From the NCBI RefSeq assembly GCF_018977255.1, contig NW_024704742.1, positions 31,498,001 through 31,562,000 on the forward strand: a stretch of DNA of 64,000 bases, written 5' to 3'. Below are positions 25,621 to 39,025 of the stretch, piece after piece. The notes beneath the pieces are model-generated. The model was not told where the DNA came from. It saw only the letters and a list, made by a program, of their open reading frames with translations, and made no database searches. Both the position numbers and the translations under genes were made by a program. The stretch comes from Callorhinchus milii. Taxonomy: Eukaryota. The first letter of the stretch is position 1, and each line of letters starts with the position of its first letter.

Positions 25621-28600
25621 GGAAGAGAAAGCTTCAAAACCTCAATAGCAAACAGAACGAGAGAGAGAAAGAGCCAAACTATTTTTTACAACTCGTCCTT
25701 TTTTTTTCTGGAGGACTTTTAATAAAATCACCAGTCACTGCTTTGTTTTGTTAAACTAACGATCGGATCTCTTTGTGTTTTAAGAATTGGATTGGTGGGA
25801 AGTTATTTTGGGGGGTGGGGTGGGTGTTGGGGGGTGGGGGGGGGGGGCGGTGGTGGGTAAAGGAAAGGGAAAACAATTCTCGATGCAATAGATCTGCACA
25901 AAGCAGAGTGTTTCAGTTGTTAAGATGTTAATTGGGTAACATATGCTTCCCAAGGAATGTGTAAATTAACTCGTTTTTCATTAAACAAGAGTGGATGTTG
26001 AAATATCGTCCGGCAGATTGACACTGGGACATAAAACGAGTGCAGATGAACACACGCGTCGCTATGGGCTGTTCGAGACTGCACACACTTCTTTCTGATG
26101 AGCTCCAAGTGCTACACAGAGAAGTTTATTTTAACATAATTACAAGACCACAATATTTGTTTCCACTAACCTGTAGTTGTTTCTTTTAATGAGAAATCAA
26201 ATCAAACATATCCTATCCTTCGTCGGATGATATCAAGACACGTTGCAAACCAAATCGTTTTTACACGGAAACTACAGCAATTGTATAAAATTAGAATTTG
26301 AAATACGAGAGGACATTTACCAGAATCGTGTAACTATGATATTGTAGGGTTAGACCGATCTTTTAAAGACGCGCGAATATTCAGAACAATTAACCTCAGT
26401 AAAAATAGTCGTCCACACAACCCAACAACACTGAAATTCACAGTGTCATTTGCTAATGTTCCGTTATTAATCGATAGACATTGGAAAACAGCAGAAAACG
26501 TTTCATATGCATATGCTGTATATTACACACCGCAGCGTTTCTCTTTAGTAGATTTTTATTGCGTTTCATAAAGGCATCTGCATTAATGTCAACAGTACAG
26601 TGTACTGTCATTATTGGATCACACACAGCGCAATGCAAGTGGCGAAAATTAACTCGCCCTTCACCTCACCTCACCTCACCTCTGCTAATAACCCTTGCAA
26701 TTGGTATACAATAGCGCCGTTCACGTCTGGGAGGCGTTTCAAAGCGCTCCACATGGTTCACTGTAAAGTGTAGTGACTGTACTTTGCACGCGACTGTATT
26801 TAGCAGCCAATTTGCGCCGAGCAATGCGAAGAGTCGTTGACTCAGATAAGCGTTAACCTGACTTGTTCTTTCAGGTGAAAATTGAGCCGCCGTGGGCTGC
26901 GGGGATTTCCAGTTTTATCGGTCTGTGCATCTTTTCCTTCACTTGGATAATACAGGAGACGATTTATTGCCTTATCTGAAATCGGTTCCAAAATGTGTTT
27001 GGATGAAAAAAAAATCGACTTTCCTTTTGGTTACAAAAGAAACACAAGTCAGCGGCGAGAATATATCAGATAATGATACACTGTGTTTTAGGAAGTACAA
27101 ATACAGCCAATTCTTTGGAGATTGGTGTGTCTCTGATCTCACTTTTGTACAACTCTGTTCTATATTTTGAATCACAAACTGGAAACTTTGCAGTGAGATG
27201 ACCAAAGTAGAGACGATGTAAGTAATTGTAATGGAATAAGCTGTACAGTAAGCCGCACTTTTATGGCTTAAAAGGAATGATTCATAATAAAATGAGTCTT
27301 CTTTCTCGAACTGCAAGATTTTCTTAAAATCACATTTTTCAAAAATAGTGTATACTTCCCCAAATGATCTGTTATATCACATATGCACATCTGCTCTATA
27401 AATGCTAACCACTGCCCTGTGTGTACATCTACCCGGGCAGGTTATTTATACAGTAAATATGAATGTGCTGGAGATCAGAAGTAACCACAAGCAAAAATAT
27501 CTTCAATTTTAAAAGGAAACGCGGAATTTCTGTCAGATGGCTGCAAAATTCAATGCGTCTGTGCAGCTCTTATTGACAAGAAGACACCTTAATGTATAGC
27601 TACAGATAGATGTGTCAATTACTCTGGTAATTGTTTTTTATTGGTATGAAAAAAAAACTAGTCCTTGCTCAGTACAGTACATGTTCACCTGCACCCAAAT
27701 TGTGTTGGTTTCAGTGTCACATCCAATACTTTGTGGATTCGAAGAACATTTTTTTTAAAATTGTAATCAATATTGATATTTTGTAAATAATTCTTACTCA
27801 CGTTGATGGGGTTTTTTTTGGTTCAGGAGCGGTAACTTTTAGTTATACAGCTGATATCTATCCAGAGGTTACACTTCTGAACCTTATTCCAACAGGAATT
27901 TCTGCATGTCTACAGCACCTCTGCCGGGTCCTAGTGCCGCTGATATTACACCAATTTTGGGCACTAAAGCCCCTTCAATGTATCGACCAATGTTGGGTTT
28001 ACTGCTAATGTTAATATCGCGGATCGCTTTTTGGGTCTAATAATTCCTCGAAAAGAATTGCTCACTCAATCCACGACTGTTTGTGGGACACTGTTGTACG
28101 CAATTTGGCTGCTGTGTTTCGCCCACAAAACACACAGTCAATGCACTTTACAGTCTATCCTGTGAAGCTCTTTGAGACGTCTCAACGACGTGATCAGGCA
28201 CTATTATCAAATGCAAGGATTATTATCGTTATCGCTATCTTACGGCAGTAAAGCACTTTTTTTTCCCAGTCGATTCACACAGAAACATTTTGTTTGAAAA
28301 GAACAGTGACAAGTCAACTTTTTAACAAAGAATATTTAACAGTTTAAATCGGCGAGAGAGCACTGTTTTTGCGTATAACCGTATATATCTGCACCCACAT
28401 CATTTATCATAAAATGTTCATGCGGAACAAAACGTCTGTGTGGAATTGTCAGGTACAGTTAATCCTGAAGGTAAGATTGGGTATGTAGTCTTTGAATTAA
28501 GTCTCGATTTCCAAACTGCATACAATTGCAGTGTATAATGAGGCAACACGTACGTTCGTAGAATTGCAGACAGATTAGACTGTAGCGGAAAACATACATA

Positions 28601-30379
28601 GAAAGAAATAAGAGGTCTGATTTAAAGGGGACTCGGTGTGATGTTGGGTGACCAGTCGCTGAGCTCTGAGACCGGTCCTATGGATGGAATTGCATTGACA
28701 ACTATTGCACTCAATCGCTCACACCGCGACACCTGGCGGTGACAAGCGTGGGTGCAGTGTGGAGACATCGTTTAAAACATACTGAGCGTGTGGGAGCCTT
28801 TAGATATCCAAATACCAACTTGGCATCAGCGCAAAATACCTTGTCCGTACAAGATGTACGACAGCCGGACCCTCTGGAAGAACCAAAAAAAAAAAAACGC
28901 CGACCTCTCCTCGACTACTCTGAGACTCGGTGCGATGATTAATTCTCTTTATTTCCACACGGGATCTGGGAACTGTCGGTCAGTGAAGCATCTTTCTCCT
29001 GTTTAGCGAAGGACAGGTCTGATCTTAGCGTTTAACAGCATGTTAGGTACATGTGTCCACATGCACAAACCATTCGAGGTTATCTTTGCAAAAGAACATT
29101 GCATATATCAGAGTCTTGATCTCTATCGAGGGGAGAGAATTTATTTTTTCCAAATAGATACACGTGGAAGCTTTATTGTGTCCGTTGTGTAGTAGTCCTG
29201 CCTTATATTGACAGTAGATCTGAGAACGAACTTAATTTTAAATACATCAACGAGTTGCTTTCTCATATGATGCTGGTTGTGGTGTTGTTGGAAGCTGAAA
29301 TCGCTGTAAGAAGGGTAGTTCGTTCTGTGTTGTGTATGCAAGAAAGAGGGTTGATGGGGAGAGAGGTAACTAAACATGACCACCCCCCAGATACATGCCA
29401 GAAAAAAAAAGGTAATTTTATTATTCAACCCAACGTGTCTGGGTTGCAGTTCAGCGAGAGAGAGAGAGAGAGACAGAGAGAGAGAGAGAGCTTGCGAGTT
29501 GCCTACTCAGAGGAGGACGCCCGCGATGTGTTTCCTTTAATGATTACTTAATTATTAACCGCAATAATCTGTTATTCACTCCCCCGAAAAAAGTGAACGA
29601 CCTTAGTTTTCCTATTGGAGTCAATAAGGTCAGAATCTCTGACGCAGAGTCCATACAGGAGCCGTGAGCGGGGAGTTAATGCGGGGAAGCGTGAGCACAC
29701 TCAATCGATGCAGGTACATCAGGCAAAAAAAAATAGCTGGAGCCAGGCGAGACTGGGGGGGGAAAGGGACGACATAAAATTTGGGAGACGTTTATTAATT
29801 TCAAAATTACTGGTGCATCTTCCACACGACCCACATGCATGCGTGCATGCTTATTTAAGGACTGGCGTTGAACAGTTTGGAGCCACACGCCAATGTTTTC
29901 AGGTTTGGGATGTTGCAACACACGAACCCTCTGTGTGTGTGTGTGTGTGTGTGTGTGTCCCGTGGGACTTGCTATCAGTCTGAGACCTTTTCTTTGTGGG
30001 GGGAGGGGGGATACAGAGTGCAAACAGGTATCTTAATTACGGTTAATTTATTGCAATAAATAATCACCCCACCTCCCCACACCCCCCACCCCCCCAAAAA
30101 AAAAGATAATAATAAATATCCTTGCATTTGATATAGCGCCTTATCACGCTGCCTCAAAGGATATATTGAAAAGTGGATTGACTGTGTCTTTTAAAATAAA
30201 ATGCTTTACAGTGCAGCTATTCTATCGCTTCTCTGAATCCGAGTGAGGAGAAGAACCGGTTAGAAATCTCTCACCAAATCTCAATGCGGGGCATTTACAT
30301 TTCATTAACTACTGGGTGTTCATTTGCTCCTACTCTTGCAACGGGACTTACTCGATCTGCCTTAATAGCTGTTCCACAT

Positions 30380-30488
30380 TGTGTGAGTGAGTGAGTGTGT
30401 GAGTGAGTGAGTGTGTGAGTGTGTGAGTGAGTGAGTGAGTGAGTGAGTGAGTGAGTGAGTGTGTGAGTGAGTGAGTGAGTGTGTGTGT
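30380..30488. repeat. (GTGA)n/(GT)n microsatellite
   Basis: Directly visible. Confidence 0.95.
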
Positions 30489-30636
30489 ATGTGTGCGCCC
30501 TGTTGTTTAGCCGTATTAATCATAGAGTGTGCTTATTTTGCATGGGTTTGTGGACATTTGAACAGGATAACTTGCACCGTCTTCAAAGAAAGAGAGAAAG
30601 AGACAAGAGAGAAGAGGAGACGACCCGCCTACACAC

Positions 30637-30669
<33 letters not shown>

Positions 30670-33600
30670 CTGTCTGTGTTGGACACTTTTCGGGGCTGAA
30701 CTCAACCCTAAGCCTTTCTACACGTTGGCTGTGACCAGGTATAACTTGTGGCGCCTCCGAGAAACACGATCCCGCTCATTTCCCTGCAAAATTGGAAGTT
30801 TCGCTCTGCCATCTCGCCGGCTTCCTGCTTGGCATTTTGCACCAATTCGATTCGATTATTTTCGGGGGAGAAAAAGGATGAATTTGTCTCCCCAACGGGG
30901 GCTGTGGTTTAATTCGGGTTCACTTTGCAGAGGGGGGGACAGTGAGAGAGCCGGAGAGGGGTTATCAGACGTGATCTCTCACACTGATCACACAGGGTAT
31001 ATATATATATAATTCAGTATATATTTCTGTATATGTTCCCTTCACTCCTGTGGCTATAGCAGTGTGTCCCGTCCTTCTCTTTGTGCTGCAGAGTTATTCT
31101 CCAACATAGACTCAGTTGCCCATCCGTTTTGCTGCAGTTTTGATATATATATTTTTGTGTGTGTGTGTGACCCTACCTTTTACGATTTTCTTTGCGATCC
31201 TTATATGCTCGACATTCGGGGTGATCTTTAAAATGGAGAGAGAGAGAGAGAGAGAGAGAAAAGCACACCCCTACACACACACACCGCCACGAGTTTTTTT
31301 TCTCTCTCACAACCTACACCAGAGGGTACTGCTGTCGATAATCATTTGCTATTTGGAGATCAGAAACAGGCGTCCGGGTATAGCTCTCAGCGGGTCAGTG
31401 CAGTTTCACGATGTAATTGAATTTAAAGCTGGTAACCAGTGCCCGTAAAAGAGGAAAGTGTCATTCAGATTTCATAAAAGCAAGATTGCATTTGAAACAC
31501 TAACAATTGTCAGACTGGTTGCACTTGAAACCCGCCTGAGGAGTTTTGCACCAACTCTTAACGCAAAACCCCACCTTCATTTCATTTCACCCACACAACA
31601 CTCAAGTCAATCCACGTTGCAGTGTATTCTGTGGAGCGCTTTGAGGCGTCTCAACGACGCGATGATGTGCTGTGTCAAACGCAAGGATTGCTAATATTAT
31701 TTGCCAACGGAATAATGAAGAAACACACCCGTAAAAGCGGCTTTGGCGTGTCTTTGGTTTAAACACAGGTCAGCCTCAGATAGTTTGAGACGGGAAAATA
31801 AATGAACGTGGGGAAAATGCACCGGTCGCGTGTTTAATTCAAACAATCTGCCGGTGAGTCTGCAGGGACTTTGTGGGATCAATATGGTGTCATTTCTTTT
31901 AACTATTTGGCTTATTAACAGGATATCTGGGAGAGGGGCATGTGCTAATTACCCTTTCGTGACCACTGAATGGGGAGATTGCATGGACTGTCCTAAAATA
32001 TATATAATTCCTTTTATCTTTTTCCTGTCTATCTGGCCCACAAAAGGGTGTCTGTCTGCTATTGCTCTGAAGACAAGCGATTGCTAGGCAGACAGAGAAA
32101 TACGGAAACGCTCTCTGTTTGTTAAGTAGTCCTGTTAATAACGGTAGTTCTCATAGATATATCATCCTGATAGTTTTCCCCATAGAGAGAGAGAGAGAGA
32201 GAGGTGTTAGGAGTCCTCAGATCCTGGGATGTAGAGGGAGAGAGCAGTGAACCTTCCACCCGCAAAATGATTTATCCTCAGTCTAAATCAAATACAAATG
32301 TTTAATTTTAACCCTCATCCCTTCCACCCTGTCATTAGGGAGAATGAATTATGACAGTTTAATCCGCAAAGTGGTTTCATTAAGCCATCGACACAAATGT
32401 TTTGCGTGTTGCATTTTTCTCTCTCCACCCCCCCCCCCCCCACCCCACCACCAAAAAAAAATAAAAACTTTTTATATGTATCTAGTGCTATAATGAGTAA
32501 ACGTGATTTTTTAAAAACATAAAACACACGAATCACCGAAAAATCACCGAATGTCAGTGCATTCATTAAAAATGATGCTGCAGTGATGTGAGTTTTGTTG
32601 TGTCGAATATATTGTGACCATAAATGGACGGAGACCGTAAAATCACCCGATTATCCCCACACGTGAATGAGATGCAGTTTGTAAATCGATTTAAATTAAT
32701 GATCCGCAATTTGCTTTAACAGGAGAATGATTCCCCAGGGCAGGGGATTTTTTTTATTAAAAAAAAATAAAAAATAAAGTGGGGGCTACCACGTCATCTA
32801 AAAAAAAACTATTTTGACGTGTAATTAATTTGCAGATTTAAAACAAATCGCGTGCCACCGCCCAGCCAGTGGTTTGCGACAATTGTGTTATTTTTTCCCC
32901 AATTTAAAATGAATCAAACGTAACAGTTGTCGTTTTGTTTTTTTTTAAAAAAAACAAGAACACAAGGATTCACAATGAATTAAACTCGACGCTAAGAGTT
33001 GTGCGGACTGGACAGTCAGGTGCAAATGTATGTCTTTTTTGGAAACCTCGTTAATAAATCCTCTCTAATTATTTGGAATAAAAGGTCCTTTTTTTGTGTA
33101 CGTTGCCCCCCCACCACCCATCACACACAGTGCAAACTCTAAAACTATCTGACTCCCAGCAACTCACACACTGACAACAAATTAAACCACTCAACTCAGG
33201 GTCACGACACTAATGCTTTGACAAGGAGCTCTTAACAGGAGCAAAAGACGTAATACTTCTAATACTAGATTTTTTATATATATATATATATGTGTGTGCG
33301 TGTGTAAGCATAGTTTGTTTGTGTTTTCCCGTATTTTGATTGTTACCTCATTCATTAAAAGATGCAGCAAAAGATAGAGCAGAGTTGACTGCGTTTTTTT
33401 TGGGGGGGGAAATGCAGTTGAAAACAATACAACGTGTGCAATTTCTTCCCCCGAAAAATATGTGACAACAAGGAAGAGGGATCCGGGGAGCCGACCAAAC
33501 CCTGGCCCGGGACAGACCCAGGGCAGGTGAAACCTGCTGCCAAAGTACCACCCCTTAGACTGGCTGTTCTGCCTTCTGGTCGTGGTTACAGTCACCAGCG

Positions 33601-34712
33601 TTAATCATCCCGACCATCACCTCCTGTGCCACCTCAGCACCACTCGCCACTGGAAAGTATTTCCCCCCTTATTAATTCTGCTCAGTGGGTGTTGGTCTTT
33701 CTTTTTTTTGTGTGCCCAGACAGTGTGTAACGCTGCTGTCCATCCCCTCCTTGCAAACAATTGACAAGTCAATTTGTGGATCGCTTATTATCCGGTGGGA
33801 ATAATCCCCTCTCCCCGAACATTAAATAATAATAATAATGTTGATTTGGTCACTCAATCCACGACTGTTTGTGGGGCACTGTTGTGTGCAATTGGCCGAA
33901 AAGTTTCGCCCACAAAATACGCAGTGAATCCGCTTCACAGTATGTTGTGTGAAACGCTTTGAGGCGCTCCATCAAATGCAAGGATTATTGTTATAACAAG
34001 GCTCCAAAAACATGTGCGAAAGCACAGATACATCAACGAGGCAATAATGTACAGTACTTCCAATATGAATCCCAAAGTACTTAACTGGCAACTTAACTGC
34101 GTTACACCACTCTCTCCTTTTATTCCTTGTCAACGCAGTTTCAGACCTCAGTTGAACGGGCCCTTGTGTTTAGTTCATATAAAAAGTACTTGGTTTTCCT
34201 CCTCCAAAGTTCTCTGTAGTGTGATTTCCGATCCCACTGGGATATTGAACTCCTGCCTCCCTGACAATAACAATAATAATAATAACAATAATAATAATAT
34301 CCTTGCAATTCATAAAGCACTTTATCAAATTATTGAGACGTCTCAAAACGCTTCACGGAATATATTGCAAAGTGAATTTAATGTAAATTTAGTTTAAATG
34401 TAATGCAAATTGACAAATAACAAGTGGAATAGTACCCCTCTTAGAATTAGCTCTTTGTAAGTAAGATGCAAACTACGCGATTCGGGAATTCATTCCTGTT
34501 TGAAGTCAAAATTATTTTGATTCGCCACATTTTGACATTTTTTTGGGGGGCAGTGCAAAAAAGGCTGATGTGACATTTGTTTTCAACACAACTGCTTTCA
34601 GCGGTTCCATTACACTGCGAAATAAATGCAAAATGATTTATTTGGATTATTGATACCATCCCTGCACTCGGTGTATTTCAACGTAGGCATTTTTTAAACT
34701 GGAACAAAACCC

Positions 34713-34864
<152 letters not shown>

Positions 34865-37634
34865 ACGAATTCTTTAATTCTTCTCAAAGTTTGCGAGTCA
34901 ATCTTTTAACTCCAATGAACTCACGATCATCCATATTCATTCAGATCTAACCGGTGGTCGAAGTCGTATCCTATCCGGATGCCAAGCGCCCGATCACGAC
35001 TTTGATCTTACACAACAGACAAAAAGGTTTGAATGGCAATCATCCAGAATCGCCCCCAATTGCCTTAAATTCCGAATTGCAGCTCATTTCTGCGCGACTT
35101 TCCTTACCAGAGTTGCTTTACAGCAGTTGCATGAGCTTAATCTCACACACCTCACTGCTGGGGTGGGGGTGGGGTGGGGGGTATTTTATCCTCTCTGGAC
35201 TTAATGCAACATGATTAACTGGTGTCAAGGTTAAACACGGTATAAAGTTCCTGTTGCAACTTTACAGAGGCGATATTGTGGCAATTCAAGCAAACGCATT
35301 TGATCGATTTATTTTTAAAGTATAAAAAAATGTTACAGGCAAGGAGCTGGCCACACTACCCCGGGCTGGGGGGTGAATCTGGGTCGACATGTGAAGTAGG
35401 AACGAAATATAATGTTGTTATTTCCTATCCTCCATCCGCGTGTGCTTTAAATGTTAGAAGTGAAATGCTTTAAATTGCTACACTCGGCCTTATCCTGGTT
35501 TCCATGTATAAGATCGAAAGCCACTCCTGATCCACAACCCCCCCCCCACTCCACCCACCACTCCCATCTCCAGATCATTTATTTTATTGAACAAAACAGG
35601 CTGGTGCAGAAAGAAAGGGGGAAAAAAAAGACTAGTGGAGGGAGAACAGTGAGCAATTCACAGTGGTCGGATTGCCACAGTCATTTATTTCTTCAGAGTC
35701 AGTGAGCACCACATACGAGAGAAATGAATAAAAAAAAACACGAGTATGTTTCACTGATGGTTCCTTGTCACACTCGGGATAAACATCTCTTGAGCATCAG
35801 CCAAGTCGCTGCTCTCTCCCTCTCTCTCTCTCTCTCCTCTGAGTGAGGAGCCTCACAAGCACAGAGCACAACCAGAGAGAGAGAGAGAGAGAGAGAGCTT
35901 CTGCATCTGCTTCACTTCACGATGGGAACTGCGCCATCCTGTGGACTAGAGTACACTGGGTTGAGAGAGTTTAGCCAAAACCAGAGTACTCTTTCCTTTA
36001 CCCCTCTCTCTCTCTCTCTCTCTCTTTCTCTGTCCTGAACAAATTCCCATTCATTCCATCCAACACTTGACCTGAACTAAGTTTTCTGCGGTAACCTGCG
36101 TGGTTTCGTCTCGTCCGCGGCCATCGCCTGAAGATCTTCCTCTTCGAACGTGCCTATGGTCACCTCCCTCCTCTCCCCGGCTCGGCGTCAAGCACCGGGA
36201 CTGTTAAAATGCTCCGAAACACTATCCTGCGTGAAGGGCGCTACGTAAATATAAATTGTTGGTGGTGGCTTTCAGGCATATGGTAAAACAATCAAATCTT
36301 AAATATTGCATAAAACATTTAACAGATTCCGAATCTCTATAAAGATCCCTATAAGTAGATTCAATTTCGCACAGGGCACAGAGTACTGTGGAGGGCGAGT
36401 TTGAAGATGTGTGAGTGTGTATGGTCATTATTGCATTTCAGAATGTACTTCAAAGGGAGAATGGGAAAGCAAAAGGCAAAATGCACTTTGTGTGCTCGAA
36501 TTAATACAGTGAATGTTATGCAGCAGTTGCTCTCCTCAGTGAAACGAAAACTGAGATAATACGTAATGTAGAGAAGACTTCTGTGATCCAATTATTATTA
36601 TGTCTTTTTATTCTCTACTATAGGTGCTACATCCAGGCTATTTATATGCACAAAGAGGGACCATTCTGTGTTTGTACTCACTACACAATCTACATACTGT
36701 GGATTCTCCTTTAAACAGTACAATCCAGGGCACTTTTTATCTAAATCCTTTCTTCATTACATATCATAATACTCGGAAACATCCAGGTTTTGCCATTCAT
36801 ATAATATACATCATCTTATTAAATGCTGCAATCCAGCTTCACTGTCATTTGTGTCAAGGTCACAACACTTCTACAAAGCTTGACTCATTTTCTTCTCTCC
36901 TTGCTGGGGTAGCATTCTCCAGGAGTCAGCAATCCTCCAACCCCTGACCATTCTGATGTGTTGGTTGGGTCAATGTGTTAGCCATATGCAAACACCTAGA
37001 GGGGCGCTTAGTCATGCAATTAATAATTGGTGAAAATTCTTACAGTTATTTCATATTTAAAGGTGCTTGTAATTCCCTAAGCCCATATTTGTATTTGCAC
37101 ATGGTTAGCATAACTTGCAAAGTTTTGCACCAGCATTGTTACACTGATTGTCCAGTGCCTTGGGATGTCCTCCCAACGTGAAAGGCACTATACAAATGTA
37201 ATGTTATTGTTGTTAGCCAACCTCATACTTTGGATTCTAATATGTAACCCGAGACAGTGAGTGACAACAGCATTGCAGGGTATTACAAATAAAACACATA
37301 CAATTGCTCATTCATGTCATCACTGTTTGTGGGACATTGCTGTGCTGTCATGTCCGTCTACAAAATACACAGTGAACATATATATATATAACTATGTATA
37401 GTTATACTTTAACAATACCAATAATAATCCTTCCATTTGACATAGCAACTCATCACATTGCCGAGATGTCTCAAAGCACTTCGCAGGATATACTGTGAAG
37501 TGTTTCAGACAGCGTATTTTGTAGGCAAAATGTGGCAGACAGTTGCACACAGCAAGGTCCAACAAATAGCCATGAAGTGAATCCTGAGAAGCATGTTGAG
37601 ATGTCCTCTCAAAGTTGCAATATCAAAACAAGGA

Positions 37635-37677
<43 letters not shown>

Positions 37678-38694
37678 GTTATTACAGTTTAAATCACTCT
37701 GTAGAGGTAATTTCAAAATGTTTTTCAGTGATGGGTTAGCCAGACCAATAATACTATCACTTTACATATGAATTGATGTCACTTTTCTTAATATACTTAA
37801 TATTCCTAAAATGGCTACTTTTTGCAGCAGTTTGATATTTTGCTCACCAGATATTTTGTCAAGCCATTTTTAAATAGTCTTATTAACAGTCCCAGTTGTT
37901 ATTATTATTATTATGATGATGATGATTATTATTACTACTGCTACTATAACTGAGTGTGATTATATTCTGATCTGACATGGTGTTAAGGATAAAAATTGTA
38001 GCACATCAAGATGCTGCCTTAGCTGAATTAGCATAGACTGCCTTTAAATCTGAAACCTTCTCATTTCTACAGCTTTATAGAGGAGCCCTTGAAGCTAGTG
38101 TATTTTTATGTTTGTTTTCTTTTAAGTCAATAAGCCATGTGTATTTTTAATGCAACCTTTACCCAACCATTCTCTAAATATGTGAAAAACATCTGTCGCA
38201 TGTGCAAGGTTTCCTATGTAAAAAAATCGCTATTATGATTAAAGACAAAAATAAAACGAATGATAAAAAACAGAATTCCCGTGTGGACTTGGTGAAATGT
38301 GAAGAATGTTTCTGCAAGTAGACTGAGGTAAGCTTTTTCTGAGTTAAACTACCAATTTAGTGCACTTAGTGGCATGAGGAAATGTTTGACCTAGGTAGCA
38401 ATGCAATTTATAATAATTAATATTTTGAACTAATTCAAAAGATCTTTTTTTTGTGAGCTGGGACTGAGTGTAGGTCTTCTCTTCTGGCTAGTCTGCTTGC
38501 CTACTTTCCTTTCTTTGCTGCCGGTCAGTGTGTGTCAGCTTGGCTCAGTGTTAGCATGCCACTCTTCGCTTGGCAGAACCCCAAACCACCACAGCTAGCA
38601 GCTCATGGTGTAGAAGATTGACGGCTCAAATGCACATATTTAAGGGATAAGTTGTAACAACTTGCATTGATAGTGCTTTATGACATTAAAGTGT

Positions 38695-39025
38695 CGATTT
38701 CAAGATCCTCTCACTCGTCTAAAATCCCTTCACGCTTTGGCACCTTCTGACTTTTCTGACATGCTTTCTCCCCACTCCACTACCTGCGGCCTCCGGTCAG
38801 CTGGCTATGACCTCCTGCTTGTTCCTCGTCTCCTCCACTCCACCATCGACGGCCGCGCTTTCAGCCTCTACCCCTAGAAGCTTTGGAACTCTCTCTCCCA
38901 ATCCCTCCACCTTGCCCCCTCCTTCCCATCTCTTAGACACAACTGAAGACCTTCCTCTTCGACCGTGCTTACAGTCACCTCCTCCCTCCCCCAAGCTCGG
39001 CGTCAGGCTGCTCTACTGCTAAGCG
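38695..39025 (+). mobile_element. L2 LINE 3' fragment
   Basis: Similar to 62800-63140 (CCACCATCGACGGCCGCGCTTTCAGCC...). Related pieces lie near 2505-2690, 36060-36270 and 43590-43860. Confidence 0.75.

Noticed and set aside
26094..26125. CTGATGAGCTCCAAG resembling the start of a vertebrate hammerhead ribozyme
   Set aside because: No closing stem II strand with GAAA follows.
36992..37008. CTCF-like CACCTAGAGGGGCGC
   Set aside because: Spacing is off by one base relative to the core consensus, so it is too weak to call by eye.
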